From the NCBI GenBank assembly GCA_012295275.1, contig CM022665.1, positions 26,970,001 to 27,034,000 on the forward strand: 64,000 bases of DNA, written 5' to 3'. The notes below the pieces were generated by a model that worked only from the letters and a program-made list of their open reading frames with translations, was not told the DNA's origin and ran no database searches. Both the position numbers and the translations under genes were made by a program. Below are positions 56,630 to 64,000 of the stretch, in pieces; the stretch's first letter is position 1; every line of letters begins with the position of its first letter. This DNA is from Chrysomallon squamiferum. Its lineage: Eukaryota; Animalia; Mollusca.

Positions 56630-59600
56630 TTAGCTTTTAAACTTTAAATAACTGAAAAATATTTTTACCTTTTCTAACATAAAGTTATATTAAAGAGTTT
56701 TAGATAATAATTCAAAAACAGATTTTATTCTATTAATTTGGTGTTTGAAATTTCCTGAGACCCACTGATGTACACATTAATTTTGGCCAAGGTTTCATGC
56801 CAAAGAAATATGTTGATGTTAGATGGTAGAGATACAGATTTAAATTTTATTTTCTTATGATAATTCCATCAGTGACAGTTATACAATAACCAGCAACATA
56901 ACACTTAGTAACTGTTGTGTATGTATATGATTATATAGGTGTGTTTGTAAATGATATATGTATGTTTTAAACAGATTTGTTTTATATTGTTGATAGCATC
57001 AATCATTCTAAATTGCATCACCTACAAACTGATGTTTTTAGCAGCATGCATACCTGTCCGATATTTATATTTTGTAATGATTGACACATTAATCATCAAC
57101 CTGACATTTTTAGCAGTTAGTGTGAGTGTGTATGTTGAAATTTATTTGTTAAAATAGTTTTAGGGAGACTGACATATTAATCATTCTGTTTCATCACCTA
57201 CAACATTACACTTTTAGCAGGTGTAGCTGTTCAGCATATTTACTCTGACCTTTGCTTATTTCTGTAAATTTATTACATGGATATTGATTGTCATCGTTGT
57301 TAAGGAAGAACGTTGTGGTTTGTTTTGTGACTGTCGTCACTTATTTGTAATAAAAGTCTGTTTTATTAAGCACAGTGTCATAAACACATATTGATCAGAT
57401 CATAGCTACACTGTCAATAAATCAGTTCTGTAGAATTTTGCAGTTGTCTTTTGTGACAAAGTAAACAAAATAAGTTTAATTTAATATTTGCATTTGAGTT
57501 CTGGGTGTATATTCAATTTTAATAATCCTTGTTAACAGAGTTTTTTAATGTCCTTTTCAGTGTATATGGGTAGGGACATGCTTTGGGTATATACTTCAGT
57601 CATGCCTAAAACTTGTTTATTCAGTGTTAATAATTCTTGATAACCTTCATATTATTTTTTTCCTTTCTTTCTTTTATCTTCTTCTTATCTTTTTTTTTTT
57701 TTTTTTTTTTTAATGTGCTATTTAATGTATTTATATAGGGATGTGTTAGGGTGCATTTATAACTCATGCCTAAAACTTATTGAGTTAATTTTGTTTGGGG
57801 GGCAATTTCTTTTACATTTTTAAATTACATTTAACCATATTGATTGTGGCTTCAGTTTGTTGTTCCCCACAAAATAAATCATTTCTTCAGGAATAAATGA
57901 CAGAACCATTCTATCATTTAAACACATAACAGAAAAATTCAAAAAAAAAGTAAAAATGTAAAACTGATAAGAGAATTCATTATAAATTAAAGGCATTGTG
58001 AAATAAAAAATTCATACCCATTGGCATAGAGAAGATTGTTTTGAAACTACCCACTGTCATTGTCAAATTACATTACACTTAACAAAACAGTGTTCTGTAT
58101 TGTTAAAATATGGTATAATACTAACAGTGTTTAAAAAAATGTAAATAAAAAATTAAATAACAATGAAATTTGCCTGTCAGAATTTTATTTGAACATATTA
58201 AGCTTTCTTTTTATAAGTAATTTGAGGATCTGTTGTTAGAAAATAGGGTAGTATGATGAAACCAGCATATCAGCATGAGCACACAAACTGTCATGGAAGC
58301 ATTGTCTTTTTTATTTATTTATTTTTATCCCATTGTGTCCAGCTCCTTGTTAATAATGCATTATTGTTCAGATCAGTCTTTGTTTCATATGACATCAAAA
58401 CTAAAGAAATAAGTCTTGTAAGTTAAAATTTAATGGAGACAAATTAAACAAACTTTAATGGTATCATGTTAAGTACACCTATTGTATTACAAACTAATAG
58501 TCTCAGTATTTCGAAGTATTTTTTTTTTTTATGTTTGTCTATTTCTGTTTAGATAATACATTTCTTGTTAGTCACATTTTTATAATATATTTATGTTTTG
58601 AAAAATTTATACATTTAAAAATTTAAATGTTATTTTTGTTGTTGTTGTTGTTATCTTATTGCTATTATTGATGGTTTTTTTTGTTTCAGTTTGTCTTCAG
58701 GACAGCGTTTTAGCTTTCCACAAACATGGAATGCAAGGTAGAAGTTTCAAAGCTAATGAGGTTTGTATTGAATTTTGGTCTCTGAAAATTGTTAAAGCAC
58801 ATGTCACATAGATCAGTTTTCACTATTACAGTCAAGAAAAAGTTGTAAGAGTTGTAAAATGTGGGAAAATCTAATTTCACTTATTTTGTTGATTATTTTT
58901 GCATCAAAATTATAATAGTAATAATTTATAATGAAATGAAAATAATGAATTAGCTTTTGGGGGCATTTATAAAACAATTTAGTATAATCATTTGGTACCA
59001 GTCTACATTTTCCTCTCGGGTCTTACTGGTTATATAGTTTTTATAGTTTCTTAATATTTTATCTCAAATTTTCCTTCCTGAATGTGTTACAGCAGTGGGA
59101 AGCATCTGCACTGACAATATATACTCATGTATGCTTGAGACACAGTAGGTCAAAGGATCAATCTTCTTCATTTCCTATTCCAGCCAGTTCTGTGTGCTGA
59201 CTATATCAAATTCATATCTGGTGCAGGAGGGAAATGTAATTGCTATCTATATAAATAGCCTTTAGGGTGGCAAAGATGGGTCCACTGTAATACCAGCAAT
59301 GCACAACAACAATAAACCTGATTTAATAATGTGTTACAGTATCAGTAAATAAATGTACATTACTTCATTAGATATTAGGAAGATCCCTATTGACAATAAA
59401 ATCAGAGGTTTATGAATTAGTAATGTCGTCTTCAAGCATGTCAGTAAGTAATGGTGTTTTGTTAAATATTATTGTCAAACACTGAAAATAAGATAGAACT
59501 TTGATGTAATTTTATTTATAGCTTTTCACTCAATTAATTAGTGTTTCAAATTAACTTCAGGTTACACAGGAAATCTGTGACAGAACCAGGATATTTCGAT

Positions 59601-61362
59601 TGTTAGGATCTGACAGGTAAGATAATTTAAGTATTTTTTTACTGTTTTCTAATGATACTTTTTATCAGCCTTTTCATGATCTACAGTTTTCAAAATGTAA
59701 TGTTCTTTCATAATTAGGACAATGAAGTCTTTATTAATTTGGAGTTTCAAAAAGCAAAAACTGAATAGAAAATTCAGAACATAAATTACCACTTGAACTT
59801 GAGAAATTTATGGTCTGCTGACAGAGTCTTTACAGGTGAATGATCAAAGGTTTGTGACTACATTGTTTTGTACTTAACCTGTTCCATGAAGTGTAGTCCA
59901 GATATGTACCATGGAACTGTGTCAAGTATGTTCTTGTCTTAAAATTATCATGATTCATTCACTGAGATTTCTTGGTTCATTGGTAACAGGGAGTTAATGT
60001 CACTGGCATATATCAGTGCTTATGGTTGCACAGTTAACTGGTACTTGAGAATAAAGGTTAAGTGGACATTTTGTTGTGTCAGATTTATGTTTAAGCAATT
60101 GTTTGTCACTTAAGCAGAGGTCCTACCACTTGATATTATTCTCCTTGGACTGTCGTTGGTATGGACAAAATAAGCTGACTTGACAATTGAATAACTTTTT
60201 TTTATGTATTAAAGACATGGTTGTTAATGATGGCATTGTTAAATGGGGGGAAAACACTTTGAAAATGTTTCCCTCTTCAGTTGGTGTATCAGAAAATGAA
60301 TGTGTGTTTGTCCATTTATTTGTTATCATGCATATCTACCTGAGCACTTTTTGTACTTGTGTGTATCTGCTTGCATTAAAGTGAATATGGTTTGTGGATA
60401 TATGCCTATGTGTGATATTTTTGTTTTGACTTTGTTATTTTGATTCTTTCTTCTTTTTTGTTTTTTTGTTGTTATTTTGATTCTTTTTTTTACTTTGTTT
60501 TTCTTTTTTCTTTTGTTTATTGTGTGTGTGTGCATGCATGCGTGTGTTTGTGTGTGTGTGTGAGATAAAATAATAAGTTTATTTAAATATGCTCCAAAAA
60601 GATCTATTACTTTTTCCAGAACTATTACTGATACTTTTATGTTGCTGAATTTTTTAAATGCCTGCTAGAACCACCATTATTATTTTACAAATCATGAAGT
60701 TTACAAAGCTCTGTAATTTAAACTCATACAATTTAAATAAATCTGACATTAAGAAATATATGTGTTCAATTACTGTTGCAACTTTTGGTCTTGTTTTAAT
60801 ATAATAGTTTTTTTATGTGGCATTTAAAAATAAATGAGTTTTATCTTAATAACATTATTAAAAAAATAAGTGTATAAATGCAAAAGTTTTAGAATTTATG
60901 TGTATGTATGTCTGTGTGTGTAATAAGATGCAATATTAGGAACAGAAGTATTTCAGATTTCAGAATCTTTCAGATTTTGGAATGTAAGGATGTAGCCTTA
61001 GAAAAGGATCTACATCTAAATACTGATTCCATTTATATTTCATATACAGCATATACAAATAGTTAGCAGGATTTTCTATATAATGTTTTAAAAAAAAATT
61101 TCATAAAATAAAGTTTGTGTGCAAAACAATCCAAAAATTGTTAAGATATCACTATTTCTTCTGCTAAGAAAAAGTTTAGGATTTCAGTGCTTTTCAGATT
61201 TTATAATTTCTGATAAGAGATCCTAAACCTGTATGTATATGTAAAATTGATTTTTTTAATTTTTTTTTTACCAGAGTGATAGTCTTGGAAAGTCGACCAA
61301 CTGACTCACCAACAACAAACTCTAACTTGTATGTGTTAGCTGGACATGAGAACACATACTGA
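30865..61362 (+). CDS. MAP4K3: MAP kinase kinase kinase kinase 3/5 (GCK-I family, happyhour-like): Ste20 kinase, Pro-rich linker and CNH domain; multi-exon
   Basis: Starts [30 protein letters not shown] at 30865. Kinase motifs [33 protein letters not shown] and [39 protein letters not shown]. Linker [14 protein letters not shown] and PPALPPK. CNH start [24 protein letters not shown] (~49030-49400). C-terminus [29 protein letters not shown] ends at 61362. The vertebrate paralogue (MAP4K3 versus MAP4K5) cannot be resolved. Confidence 0.95.
31560..34260 (-). mobile_element. Decayed DNA transposon (possibly hAT) in MAP4K intron 1
   Basis: Imperfect inverted repeats GATCTCACCCCAGGTCAATCTCACC (~31562) and GGTAAGATCACCTGGATGAGATC (~34236). 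A higher-GC broken-frame core at about 33300-33900 reads GTTCACTGTGGCAACACAGAACTTGCA on the minus strand, resembling a frameshifted hAT HCxAHRLxL motif. Confidence 0.3.
48295..48312 (+). other. 18-nt in-frame microexon of MAP4K (ETVHVE)
   Basis: TTTCAG|GAAACTGTACACGTTGAA|GTGAGT; phase 0-0 between the 47414-47692 exon and the exon starting at about 49030. Confidence 0.6.
56547..56625. repeat. Poly-T tract immediately followed by a poly-A tract
   Basis: T run 56547-56592, then AT, then A run 56595-56625. Confidence 0.85.
60925..61231. mobile_element. Tigger/pogo-like (MER46/Tigger4-like) MITE remnant
   Basis: Contains ...CAGAAGTATTTCAGATTTCAGAATCTTTCAGATTTTGGAAT... and ends ...TTTCTGATAAGAGATCCTAAACCTG followed by TA. 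This resembles Tigger4/MER46 sequence as I recall it, with CpG decayed to CpA. The left TIR is eroded. Confidence 0.5.
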
Positions 61363-62938
61363 AGAGTACAGAAATTGCTGACTGCTTCTTTGATTTTCAT
61401 GTTATTTCTTTTTTGCCTATGGCAACACGCATTACAGAACATACACTGACTGACAGCATGTTGTTGTTGGTGCTCAACAAAAGATGTACACTGTTTTCCA
61501 GTGACTGTTTTTCTTAGAGATGGATGGAGCAAGATACAAGACAATGAGGTACTGAAGCAAGTAAGGCTAGTGCTTTTCAATGGATCCTGAAGTCAACCAG
61601 ATTTTATTTTATTCTTTTTAAAAATAATTTTGTTCCTATTTGATTCAAATATTGTTGAAAAATAAATCTATTTAACTCAGCATGTTACCTCAGTTCATTT
61701 TTATTGCACCAGTATTTTATTTTTTTATTACAGAAATAGCTAAATAAAATGGAGGTTTTTTTTAAATATTATAAATTTTATATACTGCCATTTACATTCT
61801 TTTGCATTTGTTTTCATTCTTTTTGGGGGGTTCAAATGGAAACTTTGTTTAATCTGTTTTTACAAAAAATATCCTGATTTTTTTTCCTTTTAGATTTCCT
61901 TTTTTTTTTTTTTTTTTTTTATTTATTTTAATTTTAATTTTTTTCTTTTTTTACTTTCGTAGCCTGTTGTTCATAAATAACAGTTTGAAACTTACATTTA
62001 AAGCAATTTAATATCGTCAAGGAAATCCACAACAATCAAAAATTAAAAATATTATTATTTTTTTTTTTTTTTTTTTTTTTTTTATATATATATATATATA
62101 TATATCAAATAGATAGATTTATTTTTTATTATTTTTTTTTTTTTAAAGGATTTCATTGGAATTTTAGCTTCTTCTTTTTTTATCATTGATGGCAGTTTAT
62201 GACTCTTGTATGTTCAAAAGCTCAATTGTGTTACTGTTTTGTCATTGTTGAATTATTTAATCACTTTCAGACTTCATTTTAGCTCTGGTTTATTGTGTAA
62301 TTCACAGAGATAATTATGACAACAGCATTCAGTTGCACATATTTCTTACATTGCTGTGTAAAGTAAGTTTTTACCTCAGAAAATGACGGTGTCACAGGCT
62401 GGTACTTTATATAAAAATCTATTTCTTTATTGCTGATTTCTGTTGCTGTAGAGTATTAAAAACTATCCTGAATAAGCATTTACTTTCTGAACCTTAGACA
62501 TTGATCAGAATCAACATTTTTTGTTTTGGTTTTTCTATAATCAGAAATATATTGTTAATGCTTCTCACAGTTAAATGACAAAGAGTTTATTTATCAATAT
62601 TAAAAAGAATACACATCTCATGTAAACATAATATAAGAATTCATACTAACCTTTGTAATGATGTCAGCTGTGAGTGAGAAAAAGATGTCTGCATTGTCTC
62701 ACATCTCACTGTTAAATAATAAATAATATTAAAACCATTTCCTTAGTTAACACTATCAGATTTACAATTCATTAGTATTACAAGTTATAATGGGTTTTTT
62801 CCTTTCTTGTAAAATCTGTTCCACTTGTTACTAGCAAATGGATAACAGTAATGTTATCTTTACTAATGTAACAGGTCCAACTTTTTATTGTACATGGTAA
62901 CTGTTTAATAGTTTAACATCTGATGAAAATATAGATGT

Positions 62939-63103
62939 ATCAAGATTTTCTCACAAAACAGAAAAACAAGTAGACTTCAGTCATTAAACTTTAGTCTTTA
63001 CTGTTAATAATTTAAGATCTGATGTAAATATAAATTTATCAAGATTTTCTCACATAGCAGAAAATCAAGTAGACTTGAATCATTAAACTGTAGCCCTTAC
63101 TGA
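62939..63103 (+). repeat. Two-copy ~99-bp tandem repeat downstream of the MAP4K stop codon
   Basis: ATCAAGATTTTCTCACA...CAAGTAGACTT...TCATTAAACT...TTACTG occurs at about 62939 and 63038. Confidence 0.8.
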
Positions 63104-63263
63104 TAAAATGAGCTGGAATGAAATAAAGTGCAGTGGTAGCTGAGTAAGACAAATGCCGCAGAGTCTTTCATTGTGCAAACTATCACAAGTCAATGGGGCT
63201 GACAGCACTTTATGCTTATTATGCAAATATGTAGTTTTTATGTTTGTTTTTTTGGTGGTTTTT

Positions 63264-63297
<34 letters not shown>

Positions 63298-64000
63298 ATA
63301 TCTTTTACATAGGACCCAGTTTGATTTTTGTTCATTTTGCCCTTAATGTATTAATCTATTTTATTTTAATTAACTAATGTAATGAATATTTGTATGCAGA
63401 TACAAGGTGCCAATACATTATTATGTTTTTTAAATATAGTAGAGCTTGTGTAGAGTATGATATTTACTTGTGTATTATATCATTACAGTTAATATTTGAA
63501 ATGCAGGTTATATAAAGTATTTCATTATCTTAGTTTTGTTCTGAGATAATAGCTATCCTTCTTTTCTTTCTCCTTTCCTTTTCTTTTCATTTTATTGTTC
63601 TTATTTTCTTATTGACAGTTAACATTAATTTTTATTTATTCTACAAGAGATATTGTGTAATACTATTATTCCTTTCTTTTTTCTTAACTTTTTTTTTTAT
63701 TCTGTTATTATTGCTAATGCTAACCAAAAGAAAATGTTTTAAATGGATTATTTAAAAAATAATAAATTCAGTTTTTTGTTTATAATGTATAATCATTAGT
63801 GTATATTTTGCTATTAATCTTTTTTTCCTGGCATATATTTGTCATATGCATACATAGAGACACTGTATATTTATCTGGGTTATTTAGGAAATATTATTAG
63901 AGAAATAGATAAAAACAAAATGTATAAAATTTTGTTATTGGATGTAAATACTGTACAGATTCTTATATATGTACATATTAGAGGAAGCAGAAACATTAAA

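Noticed and set aside
59040-60320. Higher-complexity intronic segments near the MAP4K 3' end as a hidden gene
   Set aside because: The frames I read contain frequent stops and no motif; probably old repeat fragments.

Overview
AT-rich, intron-rich animal genomic DNA. It is probably from an invertebrate such as a mollusc; this is inferred from composition, microsatellites and gene structure and is not proven. Three conserved multi-exon genes fill most of the window: CMTR1 (+, 10696-23894), RBM34 (-, 25578-30093) and a MAP4K3/MAP4K5 (happyhour-like) kinase (+, 30865-61362). The first 8 kb hold two tandem, diverged minus-strand paralogues encoding a ParB/sulfiredoxin-fold domain (GNRR motif, no Srx catalytic Cys). 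By hand I joined paralogue A through 8 phase-compatible GT-AG exons into a 282-aa protein ending KRKSGRCIII*, a polybasic plus CaaX prenylation signal. Both paralogues have TATA promoters carrying IRF-E/ISRE-like and STAT GAS motifs, and B also has an NF-kB motif. They sit head-to-head with CMTR1 (a mammalian interferon-stimulated gene), whose promoter has a near-consensus ISRE. The best candidate for an undescribed system is an IRF/STAT-inducible, membrane-anchored ParB-fold immune effector locus. Also seen: a probable U12-type intron with non-canonical termini in RBM34, MAP4K microexons, a piggyBac-type MITE, a Tigger-like MITE and a decayed hAT-like element. All gene models are manual, with no RNA or database support.
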